From: a virus
Taxonomy: Duplodnaviria > Heunggongvirae > Uroviricota > Caudoviricetes
Virus record (IMG/VR): IMGVR_UViG_3300012208_000002
Reading direction: 5' to 3' (one strand)
Length of the DNA: 64,000 nucleotides
The notes under the pieces are model-generated. The model ran no database searches. It was given only the letters and a program-made list of their open reading frames with translations, and was not told the DNA's origin. Shown piece after piece: positions 56,621-64,000 of the stretch. The translations under genes and the position numbers were made by a program. Numbering within the stretch: position 1 is the first letter of the stretch; the number at the start of each line of letters is the position of its first letter.

Positions 56621-56621
56621 T

Positions 56622-57113
56622 TTATTCCTTTACGAGGAAAATATCCTCTTCCCTGAGCACAAGATATGTCTCGAACCCAATCTTTACTTCTGCCCCTGAG
56701 AACTTCCCGAACACGACTCGCTCGCCTACGGCGACTGTCGGCTTCTGAAGCTCCCCGTCTACATATTTACCTGGTCCAACTGCTACTACTTCGCCCTCTG
56801 CTGGCTTCTCTTTGCTTTCATCGGGAACGAAAAAACTTCCAACTTTCTCTTCTTCCTCGACACGTCGTACGATAACACGGTCCTGGACTGCGCGAAACTT
56901 TACTGAAACAGGAGCCGTCTCCTGTGCCTGCTTTTCGACTAAAGCCTCTGCTTCGTTTTGTAATGCCTGACGGTCATTCTCAGACATCACATTCAACTTG
57001 CGCAGAGCCTCTTCGCCAAACATTTCCTTGAACTTCTCGTCGCTGACCGTAGCAGGGTTAAATTGCGCTCGTGCTGCCCCGCGTGCCAGTTGATCTCCAC
57101 CGCCTAAACTCAT
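56622..57113 (-). CDS. GroES/Cpn10-like co-chaperonin with ~70-aa N-terminal extension
   Basis: The C-terminal ~95 aa align with GroES (RVIVRR...GEVVAVGPGK...VGERVVFGKF...YLVLREEDI). The likely start is Met at 57113 with a TAATG overlap; the listed ORF runs to 57218. Confidence 0.65.
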   Translation of the reverse strand: MSLGGGDQLARGAARAQFNPATVSDEKFKEMFGEEALRKLNVMSENDRQALQNEAEALVEKQAQETAPVSVKFRAVQDRVIVRRVEEEEKVGSFFVPDESKEKPAEGEVVAVGPGKYVDGELQKPTVAVGERVVFGKFSGAEVKIGFETYLVLREEDIFLVKE

Positions 57114-57838
57114 TAGTTTTCTAGCTCCTCTGGCGTCCACCCCTTTTCGATTGTTATAGGGAACGGTGCCGATTGAATTATCTCTGTTACGTCTTGCTCT
57201 TTCACGGGCTTCCACCAAATTTTGTTGGTGGGGTTCCAGCGAAACTTATAAGGCGGCTGCTTCACTAAATCGTTGTTCGCACGACTCTGCCTAGCCTGAA
57301 GGACAACAACAGGGGACTGCGCTCTGCTCAACAGAAGTTCTGGGTCGTACTTCTCCGAAATCGCTAACACAGTTTGAGCGTCGGCGAGAGCGGAATGCGG
57401 AAACAGGTTCAGTATCCCGTGGTCTGCTGCCGTATGCCCCAATTTACCTACTGGGACTCGCCAGGGAAGGTCCTGGTATAAATCAATCCAGGGCTTTACT
57501 GATTCTCTGTTATCAGCACGCTTAATCCAATTCTCTAATACCCGCTTATCGAATCTACGACAATTATATCCGATGACTGCATCCGCGCTGTTCTTCATCT
57601 CCAAAATAATATCTAGGATATTATTTGGGTCGTAGCCGAATCGCTCGACTGCTGCGGGGTGTATCCCTGTAATACCTGTTATTTCAGGAGTAATTGCAAC
57701 GTCAGTCTTAACTAACATTCCTTGATTGTCTAAGCACTTCTTTTGACCTGTTGAGTAAAGGACTGCGCCGAATTCTATAACGCGGTCATTTACTACATCC
57801 AAGCCAGTTGTCTCAAAGTCTAGTGAAAGTAATATCAT
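57113..57838 (-). CDS. DEDDh 3'-5' exonuclease (DnaQ/RNase T-like)
   Basis: LSLDFETTGLD is Exo I, GYNCRRFD is Exo II and HSALADAQ is Exo III. Confidence 0.7.
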   Translation of the reverse strand: MILLSLDFETTGLDVVNDRVIEFGAVLYSTGQKKCLDNQGMLVKTDVAITPEITGITGIHPAAVERFGYDPNNILDIILEMKNSADAVIGYNCRRFDKRVLENWIKRADNRESVKPWIDLYQDLPWRVPVGKLGHTAADHGILNLFPHSALADAQTVLAISEKYDPELLLSRAQSPVVVLQARQSRANNDLVKQPPYKFRWNPTNKIWWKPVKEQDVTEIIQSAPFPITIEKGWTPEELEN

Positions 57839-58242
57839 TAATTTACCTTTTCTTTTTGCTTAGGCTCCGGTGCCAAGCGAATCGGCAGCAAAGGCTCTTG
57901 CGGGTTAGGAAATTCGGTTATCAACTTGACTGAAACTTCCATGTGCGTCAGCATGTGCCAGGGGACGAACCTGCGCTTGTCGAACGTGATTATAGAGCTA
58001 TCAAGTATCCCAGACGAGTCCTTCAGTACGACCAGGCCAGCGCTAGCGACCATCTTAATGAATCGGTCGTTAACAATCGCCTGTAAGTGGTTCGTATTCT
58101 CAACGTCCGAGTAAGTCTCCTGCACATGCACTTCATGCGGAAAATTCTCAGGCCGTCTAAGTTCGTCCACGTATGCTGTAAAATCTACAAAATAACTAGC
58201 TGGCATCGTCTTCCATCCTCTCAAAACTTGGTAGTGGTTCAT
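57838..58242 (-). CDS. hypothetical protein (134 aa)
   Basis: ORF. Confidence 0.4.
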   Translation of the reverse strand: MNHYQVLRGWKTMPASYFVDFTAYVDELRRPENFPHEVHVQETYSDVENTNHLQAIVNDRFIKMVASAGLVVLKDSSGILDSSIITFDKRRFVPWHMLTHMEVSVKLITEFPNPQEPLLPIRLAPEPKQKEKVN

Positions 58243-58477
58243 CAGGCAGTAGCATAATTTGCAGCGTGCCCGTCGCTGGAATCATTTGCACTTTATTGGA
58301 CTGAATTACCTTGACCGTCACCGCGTTAAAATTACGGAACGTAATCAATCGTACGGCATTCTGTAAATTGCCTGGGTTCGGATAAGCTTGAACAGTTGCT
58401 TCGATGTGGTTATCGATACACAACTGATTAAACTCATCCGAAATCAGACTCTTACCGTATTGTCCGTTATGCAACAC
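58196..58477 (-). CDS. hypothetical protein (93 aa)
   Basis: ORF. Confidence 0.35.
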   Translation of the reverse strand: MLHNGQYGKSLISDEFNQLCIDNHIEATVQAYPNPGNLQNAVRLITFRNFNAVTVKVIQSNKVQMIPATGTLQIMLLPDEPLPSFERMEDDAS

Positions 58478-58910
58478 GAACTATGCCGTTTCCTGTTAAA
58501 ACAGTCCCAGGACTTCGCCTAGCTAGGAGCATTGAGAAATAAGTAGCCAAAGAAGGCCCTCCTGCAATCGAATACCAATCATAGGCTGTAGTAACCACCA
58601 ATCCTCCTGATTTGACTTCGATACTTTCTATCGGGTCTGGGAATGGAAAATTGGTTTGATAAGACAAGTCATTGTCATCCACGGAGTACAATAAAACATC
58701 GTACCCGAGAACCACAAACAAATTACCTTGATGAAATACAGGGCTCTTCATTCTCATGATAGCGTGACTGGTCCGCCAGCCTTCAGTGCTGCCGTTGCTT
58801 GCTGAGCCTTCAAAGCGGCGAAGGCTGCTTGTTCTACTGTATTCGGTCCTTGAGGAGCGATAATAACCTTCTGGTTGTGGATTCCTGTCGCCGTTGCCTT
58901 TATCGCGCAC
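58467..58910 (-). CDS. hypothetical protein (147 aa; start uncertain)
   Basis: ORF that overlaps its neighbour. Confidence 0.35.
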   Translation of the reverse strand: MRDKGNGDRNPQPEGYYRSSRTEYSRTSSLRRFEGSASNGSTEGWRTSHAIMRMKSPVFHQGNLFVVLGYDVLLYSVDDNDLSYQTNFPFPDPIESIEVKSGGLVVTTAYDWYSIAGGPSLATYFSMLLARRSPGTVLTGNGIVRVA

Positions 58911-59161
58911 TCATCGGAGCAATAAAGGAACTGACGTTTATCCCCCGTTTGAACGAACCGAATAGAATTCAGCCACGGATTAGCTTGTGTTGCTTCTTTC
59001 TCTCCTGCTTCAGTTTGCGGAAACGTAATTGTCTTACCGCACTCTAGACCGTCGCATGTCAATGTTACAAAACTTGAAATTGCTGTGCTCAATTGAGCCT
59101 CCCTGTATATAGTTCTTCGAACCTTCTTAAAAACATTGTTTCTGCCATCTCTGGACTCCAT
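58754..59161 (-). CDS. hypothetical Cys-containing protein (135 aa; start uncertain)
   Basis: ORF that overlaps its neighbour. Confidence 0.35.
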   Translation of the reverse strand: MESRDGRNNVFKKVRRTIYREAQLSTAISSFVTLTCDGLECGKTITFPQTEAGEKEATQANPWLNSIRFVQTGDKRQFLYCSDECAIKATATGIHNQKVIIAPQGPNTVEQAAFAALKAQQATAALKAGGPVTLS

Positions 59162-59676
59162 CGTTCGATGCGTATCGGAGCTTCCTCTTCCGCCGATGTT
59201 CTAACTATATCGTCGGCGTCCTTCGATTCATCAAACGTATAACCCATGATTTGCTTCTTTTCTGCATACAACATCAAATTGTCTGCTATCTTCACGGACG
59301 CGGGCTCCACTACAGAGAATCCGAAGCGCTCCGCGATAGCCTTTTGAATTATCGCTTCCCTCTTGCGGTATACAACCCCCACTTCCGTATAGTGCTTCAA
59401 TGGGCGACTAAGGTCTGCGATATACGCCTCTGACGTATCGTGCATCAGACGGTCAAAGGCTTCTTTATCAGGACCCAGGAAACTGCAATAGACACTGTGC
59501 TGCGCTACTGAGTAATGATACTTGCAGTGCCCGGTCCATCGGCACTGCATAGCCAGCGCGTGAGCGATGTCTATGATATCGATATCTTCCAAGCTAGGCT
59601 CCAGGAGAAAAAACTTCTTTCCTGTGAATGTAGCTATGTAAGCCTTCTTGGTATCGTTACCTTTTCGATCCATCAC
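59089..59676 (-). CDS. HD-domain phosphohydrolase (YfbR-like 5'-deoxynucleotidase)
   Basis: The H..VAQHS...HDTSEAYIADL pattern is present. Confidence 0.6.
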   Translation of the reverse strand: MMDRKGNDTKKAYIATFTGKKFFLLEPSLEDIDIIDIAHALAMQCRWTGHCKYHYSVAQHSVYCSFLGPDKEAFDRLMHDTSEAYIADLSRPLKHYTEVGVVYRKREAIIQKAIAERFGFSVVEPASVKIADNLMLYAEKKQIMGYTFDESKDADDIVRTSAEEEAPIRIERWSPEMAETMFLRRFEELYTGRLN

Positions 59677-59855
59677 TTCGTTAACCCTTTAGCGATACTA
59701 GTATGTCCACCGCATACAGGGCAACCAGTTGTCTTTCTCTCGGGATTCAAATCTCGGACTCCCCAACGGTGACCCTGGTCACACTGCATAACTCCGCCGA
59801 CAGACGGCTGCGGATTATGTTCTCTCTGTTTCCTTTGCTTCTTAGGTTCGCTCAT
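59673..59855 (-). CDS. zinc-ribbon small protein (60 aa)
   Basis: Contains CDQGH...CPVCG. Confidence 0.35.
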   Translation of the reverse strand: MSEPKKQRKQREHNPQPSVGGVMQCDQGHRWGVRDLNPERKTTGCPVCGGHTSIAKGLTK

Positions 59856-60319
59856 GTCAACCTGCTAAGGTCCTCAAGAGGGACCTCGTCGTAGCTTGCG
59901 TCTGATTCGCCGATATATCTCTTAGTCTTTTCAAAAGCTGCGCTCCATCGAGTCATAGCATCCGGCGTAGGTTCTGGGAATATAAATCTAGTTATACCAG
60001 CTTGCAACATTTGAACGACGCATCGGTCACAGGAAGCGAATGGGTAAGTGTAAAGAGTACAGCCATTCAACGATTCAAGTGCGTGAATCTGTGCGTTAAT
60101 TTCGCAATGCACGATGCGACTGTATTTCTCTTCTCGATTTGCATACCATTCTGGATTATCTGGCATACACTTCGGGAATCCATTGAAGCCGACTGAAACT
60201 ACGGTTCTATCTGGACGCACAATCACAGCACCCGTCTGAGTACTAGGGTCCTTACTCCAGGTTGATACTAGTCTAGCCATTTCTAGGTAACGCAGGTCCC
60301 ATTTATTCGTCATTTTCAT
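59852..60319 (-). CDS. dCMP deaminase (start likely at MKMTNKWD; the listed ORF extends to 60373)
   Basis: HCEINAQ is the zinc site H(A/C)E and SCDRC is the PCxxC motif. Confidence 0.8.
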   Translation of the reverse strand: MKMTNKWDLRYLEMARLVSTWSKDPSTQTGAVIVRPDRTVVSVGFNGFPKCMPDNPEWYANREEKYSRIVHCEINAQIHALESLNGCTLYTYPFASCDRCVVQMLQAGITRFIFPEPTPDAMTRWSAAFEKTKRYIGESDASYDEVPLEDLSRLT

Positions 60320-60491
60320 CGGCCTCGCGGATGTACTCGATTTCATGAAGCGGAACAAGAATGTCCCTATCACGATACTTCATTGGATAACACCCTGCCT
60401 CTGTGATTGTATTCCAACAATCCGCAAGTCCATTTTCTTTGAGAAGGGTGGTGTTAAAATTACCGGACCTTGATTGAATATAGATTTTCAT
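60303..60491 (-). CDS. hypothetical protein (62 aa)
   Basis: ORF. Confidence 0.35.
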   Translation of the reverse strand: MKIYIQSRSGNFNTTLLKENGLADCWNTITEAGCYPMKYRDRDILVPLHEIEYIREADENDE

Positions 60492-61153
60492 TTGCTCGGT
60501 CCTAGTGCCCTGAGATATTCAGCGTGAGTAACTGCCACTTCCGCCAACAGCGCTTGATGCCCTTCGGGATTCGATATCCTAAAGTCCCAATTATATCCGT
60601 CTAAAGCAGTTTCCGATACGTGAGCGCCACGTCGGTCAGTAGAAAAATATGGCGTTCCATCTTGACGTAATCGAATCACATTGATATTGTAACCGCCCCG
60701 TTGCCTTACACCGTCTGCTTCATTAGGAAAGCGAACATCGGTTATCAGCGCAATATCTAGATTGCTCGGAATACTCTCAAATAATTTCTTAGTCCAGTAG
60801 TCCGGGTCCTGTGCTCGCCTGTACTCTGTTCCCCACCACTGAAGCAGCTTAGGGTGCTTGCCATACGGAGCAAGCGCTGAGACTTCTGGATTCGGGTCGG
60901 GTTGAACCCAGTCAGGAATCCTCGTATTGAAATCAGGGTGAAATGCTTGCCAAGTAAATTCTCCGCCGAATGCGTCAGTACGATTCTTCAGATACTGATT
61001 GACTTCCTGATACAGCGCTGTAGCAAACTTGAAGATGCCTACACGGTGCTGCTTCAGTCCGTGCAGATTCAGGGTTTGGTAATAATCCCTAATCGCTTCC
61101 GCAGCCGTGTCCTTGCCCTGGCGGGCCTTGTTACCGAATCCTAGAATTAGCAT
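60488..61153 (-). CDS. deoxynucleoside monophosphate kinase (T4 gp1-like)
   Basis: MLILGFGNKARQGKDTAAE matches the T4 dNMP kinase P-loop GVKRSGKDT. Confidence 0.75.
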   Translation of the reverse strand: MLILGFGNKARQGKDTAAEAIRDYYQTLNLHGLKQHRVGIFKFATALYQEVNQYLKNRTDAFGGEFTWQAFHPDFNTRIPDWVQPDPNPEVSALAPYGKHPKLLQWWGTEYRRAQDPDYWTKKLFESIPSNLDIALITDVRFPNEADGVRQRGGYNINVIRLRQDGTPYFSTDRRGAHVSETALDGYNWDFRISNPEGHQALLAEVAVTHAEYLRALGPSK

Positions 61154-61851
61154 GCTGCCACCTGTTCTTGCCTTGGATACACCTTATATGCTGTAGGAAT
61201 CAGTTGTACATTTTCGCTAACAAAAGTCTTAAAATGCGGTCCCACTAGCCAATACGGGACGTTGTCTTTTCTTGCTTCTTTAAGTTGACGAGAAGTTATT
61301 GTGGGAGACGGCTTGGCGTCTGCTCTAGCCACCAGTTCTAGCGCTCCGCATTCGAGTACTTTAGATTCAGTCCTTTTCCATATCAAGAAATCTGCCCCGG
61401 CAAATTCTCTATTGTCCTCAATATAAAACTCAGGCGCAGGCCACTTCTCTTGTAAGATAGCTAGAACTGCGCTTTCTGTTGCTGCTGCTCGTTCTGCTGG
61501 ATTTGAGACGATACCTCGCGCCTTATTCCCGTCACCTCGTGGCGATCCTCGGCGCGGAGTAGGAAGACTATCGAATACATTCTCAAAAATACACTCGATA
61601 CGTTTTGTAATTTTACGAAGCTCGTCCCATTTCTGTCCGGGATGCGCTTGTTCCCATAATGTTCGGCCCTCCGCAGATACACGACCTGGTATTAACTCAT
61701 GAACCCAAGCAAGAGCGTCGCGGTATGGTTCCCCATTCGTACCGGGGTTATGCTTAGGCATGAGCAAAGTGTTATGCGCTCTGCAAGAATCGCATTGACT
61801 CCCGTCTACCTTTAATCCCGTGCAGTTTTTGTAACCTATACAGCGAGCCAT
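61147..61851 (-). CDS. hypothetical protein with N-terminal Cys cluster (234 aa)
   Basis: ORF. Confidence 0.45.
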   Translation of the reverse strand: MARCIGYKNCTGLKVDGSQCDSCRAHNTLLMPKHNPGTNGEPYRDALAWVHELIPGRVSAEGRTLWEQAHPGQKWDELRKITKRIECIFENVFDSLPTPRRGSPRGDGNKARGIVSNPAERAAATESAVLAILQEKWPAPEFYIEDNREFAGADFLIWKRTESKVLECGALELVARADAKPSPTITSRQLKEARKDNVPYWLVGPHFKTFVSENVQLIPTAYKVYPRQEQVAAC

Positions 61852-62591
61852 CAGTCCACCTTCCTCGCGGAGCCCTCAAACCAACCAGAGCAACCTAGAC
61901 ATTGAAATCTCTGTTTCTTCCTCAACAATGTGTAGCTGAATCCACGGCGTTGCGTCTTATTCGAACCGCACTTAGGACACGCTTCTAGTTGTCCCTTGTT
62001 GACGTTTGGGTGAACGGGAGCCCATGCGCGGACTGCGTAATACACCTTCTCTAGCAGTTCCACGTCGTGCCCGTTGTACTTCTTCATAACGTCCCAGGAC
62101 TTTGCGTCTCCGTCCATGCAGCCCTTCCAGAGATTGAATCCTGTATGTGGCATCTTGCGTCCGATACCTAAGTATCGCCCTAAATCGTCTAGCTTATTGC
62201 TGTCGAACTTGAATGCGCGTCGTGCAATCTTCAAGGTGTCCACAGTCTTGTAAGGTGACGGCGGATTCAATCCGTGCGTCAAGAACCTGGAGTTAGACTT
62301 CCTGATATCGAAAGAATCTCCGTTGTGCCCGATTATGATGTCGGCCTGGTCGAACACTGCCCAAAGGTCTTCTACTAGCGCTTTATCGTTCTCTTTGTCG
62401 TTTGCGAAGTCAGGATAGTCAATCAATCCGCGCTTCACGACCTTGCCCGAGTCCGCCCACTTGTAAGCGAAACTGAGCATGTACCAGTCCTTCTTAAAAT
62501 CGATTACATTCTGTTCCCACTTGCCCCAGACCCATCCGAGTGACGGGGCTGTCTCGATATCCACAAATACTATCTTTGCTGGTGTCTTCAT
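61851..62591 (-). CDS. DEDD-type 3'-5' exonuclease-like protein with C-terminal zinc ribbon
   Basis: IVFVDIETAP, IIGHNGDSFD and YNGHDVELL are present, with a C-terminal CPKCG...CLGCSG ribbon. Confidence 0.55.
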   Translation of the reverse strand: MKTPAKIVFVDIETAPSLGWVWGKWEQNVIDFKKDWYMLSFAYKWADSGKVVKRGLIDYPDFANDKENDKALVEDLWAVFDQADIIIGHNGDSFDIRKSNSRFLTHGLNPPSPYKTVDTLKIARRAFKFDSNKLDDLGRYLGIGRKMPHTGFNLWKGCMDGDAKSWDVMKKYNGHDVELLEKVYYAVRAWAPVHPNVNKGQLEACPKCGSNKTQRRGFSYTLLRKKQRFQCLGCSGWFEGSARKVD

Positions 62592-62602
62592 GACTCTCCC
62601 TT

Positions 62603-63343
62603 TTAAATCTTACGTAGAGCCAGAATCCCGCCTACGAATCCTGTGATTGCGCCCCATTTGAAACCCTTGCGAAATTGTTTCTTACCGTCGTCCTTAGCCA
62701 GTTGTGTATTATCCTGCTCTAACTTTACATCTGCCTTATGCGATACTTTCTCGTCCGTTAATTCCTTGCGTACTCCGGTGATTGTTTCGTCCTGCTTTGC
62801 TGTTAACACTGCGCATACTGCTACTTGGTGGGTCAATTCGACCACGTCAGCCTTAGCCTGTACGCCATCTTCTAGCGCGTTGATATTTGTATGAGCCCCA
62901 GATTCTGTGAACGTGATAGAGCCGTCAGGATTCGGATTAACTTCTTTCGACTGTAAACGTAAAATTTCACTGAAACGGGATGCAATTTGGACTGCCGTTG
63001 ACGTGTCATCTATTTTCTTTTGCTCCTTGGTCTTCTGCGCTCTGTTCTGCATCGAGACTTGTACCTGTGCTGACAGAGTGCTGTACTGAAGCTTCAAGTC
63101 AGCCAACTGCTGTAGTAGTTGAATGTTCTGTTGGCTGTCCGCCTGAGTCTTTTGTCTGGATATCTCTACTGCTTGTAGCTGTACAGCAATCTTAGAGCGG
63201 TCGTGTTCGACCCAGGCGTCCACGATACTGCCGTAGAAATGAAATACCAAGAAAGCTCCGAGAACGATAGCCAAAAGCTTCTCGTGCGCCTTAATCCAGG
63301 CTATGTAATTCGTCAAAATCGGGTGTAAGTTTGTGTCTGTCAT
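62603..63343 (-). CDS. membrane coiled-coil protein (N- and C-terminal TM segments)
   Basis: Hydrophobic helices at both ends flank a long Gln-rich helical middle. Confidence 0.45.
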   Translation of the reverse strand: MTDTNLHPILTNYIAWIKAHEKLLAIVLGAFLVFHFYGSIVDAWVEHDRSKIAVQLQAVEISRQKTQADSQQNIQLLQQLADLKLQYSTLSAQVQVSMQNRAQKTKEQKKIDDTSTAVQIASRFSEILRLQSKEVNPNPDGSITFTESGAHTNINALEDGVQAKADVVELTHQVAVCAVLTAKQDETITGVRKELTDEKVSHKADVKLEQDNTQLAKDDGKKQFRKGFKWGAITGFVGGILALRKI

Positions 63344-63352
63344 GTTCTTCCA

Positions 63353-63778
63353 TTAGCCCCTTGTATCCCCACGGTATTTCTTTATCCACTTGCGGTATGC
63401 AATGGTGCCGATTTTACCGGGGTACCCAAAGACTTGGCGTCCAAGTGCCTTCGTAGCTGGCGGGCTCTGCAAATAGGCTGCAAAAGCCAGTAATACCACT
63501 ATCACAGTCATGCCTGATATCTTATGCAGTCCGTATCGTTTGAAGTTGTTTTCTATCTTGCCCAGGAGAGCATTGCAACGGTTACAAAGCAGTCCCCGAA
63601 GGAGTCCCGTATCGTGACAGTGGTCGGTGGCTAGACGCTTGCCAACTGACTTTCTCTTGCACACAAAGCACACCTCGTTCTGATGAAGTAGGATAATCTC
63701 CCACTCAGATGAAGTGATGCCGAACGCTTGATTAAGGTGCTTTTCTCTTCGCTTTTCTATAGGAGTCATGGGGCTCAT
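63353..63778 (-). CDS. HNH homing endonuclease
   Basis: CKRK...DHCHDTGLLRGLLCNRCNALLG is an HNH motif. The C-terminus ends in KKYRGDTRG. Confidence 0.8.
   Translation of the reverse strand: MSPMTPIEKRREKHLNQAFGITSSEWEIILLHQNEVCFVCKRKSVGKRLATDHCHDTGLLRGLLCNRCNALLGKIENNFKRYGLHKISGMTVIVVLLAFAAYLQSPPATKALGRQVFGYPGKIGTIAYRKWIKKYRGDTRG
63363..63383 (-). repeat. HE-tail motif copy 2
   Basis: Encodes the final KKYRGDTR of the HNH endonuclease. It lies about 20 nt upstream of the next ATG at 63343. Confidence 0.7.
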
Positions 63779-63787
63779 AAGACCCCT

Positions 63788-63805
63788 GTATCCCCACGCT
63801 ATTTG
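63788..63805 (-). repeat. HE-tail motif copy 3 (AAATAGCGTGGGGATACA)
   Basis: Lies 8 nt upstream of the HNH gene ATG. It coincides with the TAG stop of an ORF entering from beyond the window edge. Confidence 0.6.
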
Positions 63806-64000
63806 ATGTTTCCTGCCCAGGAGTCGAAATTACCTAGCGGACGGAACGGGTCGAGGATTGAATGATTGGATATCTCCCTCGTACACTCCCACTCATATAC
63901 GTGGCGAGGCAGCCTCGGGGGAAACATACACGACAGTATGCGTTCAATAAGGATAGGCATAGCGCCTGTCTCTCACAGTGAGTGGTGGGAGCGGTCGTGC

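Noticed and set aside
1-64000. tRNA, rRNA or other structured RNA genes
   Set aside because: Coding density is very high. The few gaps over 150 bp (295-439, 28712-28770, 29008-29207, 34866-35160, 44211-44380) hold promoters, terminators or sub-60-aa ORFs. None shows a cloverleaf-compatible arrangement on visual inspection.

Overview
The window reads as a contiguous ~64 kb piece of a tailed dsDNA phage genome in two convergent arms. Arm 1 (1-21303, + strand) is a virion/late module: a C-terminal gene fragment at the left edge, a rho-independent terminator, then 12 tightly packed structural ORFs. These include Gly/Thr-rich tail and tail-fiber proteins of 1113 and 1001 aa, internal-virion/ejection-like proteins of 234 and 767 aa, and an 1833-aa protein with a Lys-rich linker and an HExxH zincin motif. 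The arm ends with an HNH endonuclease carrying four tandem Cys/His repeats. Arm 2 (21300-63778, - strand, about 80 ORFs, many joined by ATGA/TAATG overlaps) is an early/replication/host-takeover module. It contains a split family-A DNA polymerase, a PrimPol, a UvrD helicase, a RecB-type nuclease, an Erf-like annealing protein, a DnaQ-like exonuclease and a DNA ligase. It also carries a nucleotide-metabolism set (dNMP kinase, dCMP deaminase, HD 5'-nucleotidase, DNPH1-like, MazG), the NadV plus NadM-Nudix NAD+ salvage pair, two peptidoglycan hydrolases (GH108, SLT), and a tyrosine integrase with an Xis-like gene. Further genes encode an AAA+ ATPase beside a receiver-like protein, an SPFH/band-7 membrane protein, a Pth2-like hydrolase, a DHH/DHHA1 and a calcineurin-like phosphoesterase, a GroES-like protein, and GIY-YIG and HNH homing endonucleases. 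No rRNA, tRNA or CRISPR array was found. Non-coding signals are a four-copy sigma70-type promoter family with the conserved block AAATAAAGCTTGACAAA driving minus-strand gene blocks, and a separate ~21-34 nt element found at the 3' ends of three minus-strand ORFs, including both homing endonucleases. The DNA polymerase is divided into two ORFs offset by -1 at a G-AAA-AAG-AAA-TGA site. All functions are inferred by eye from motifs; nothing was searched against a database.
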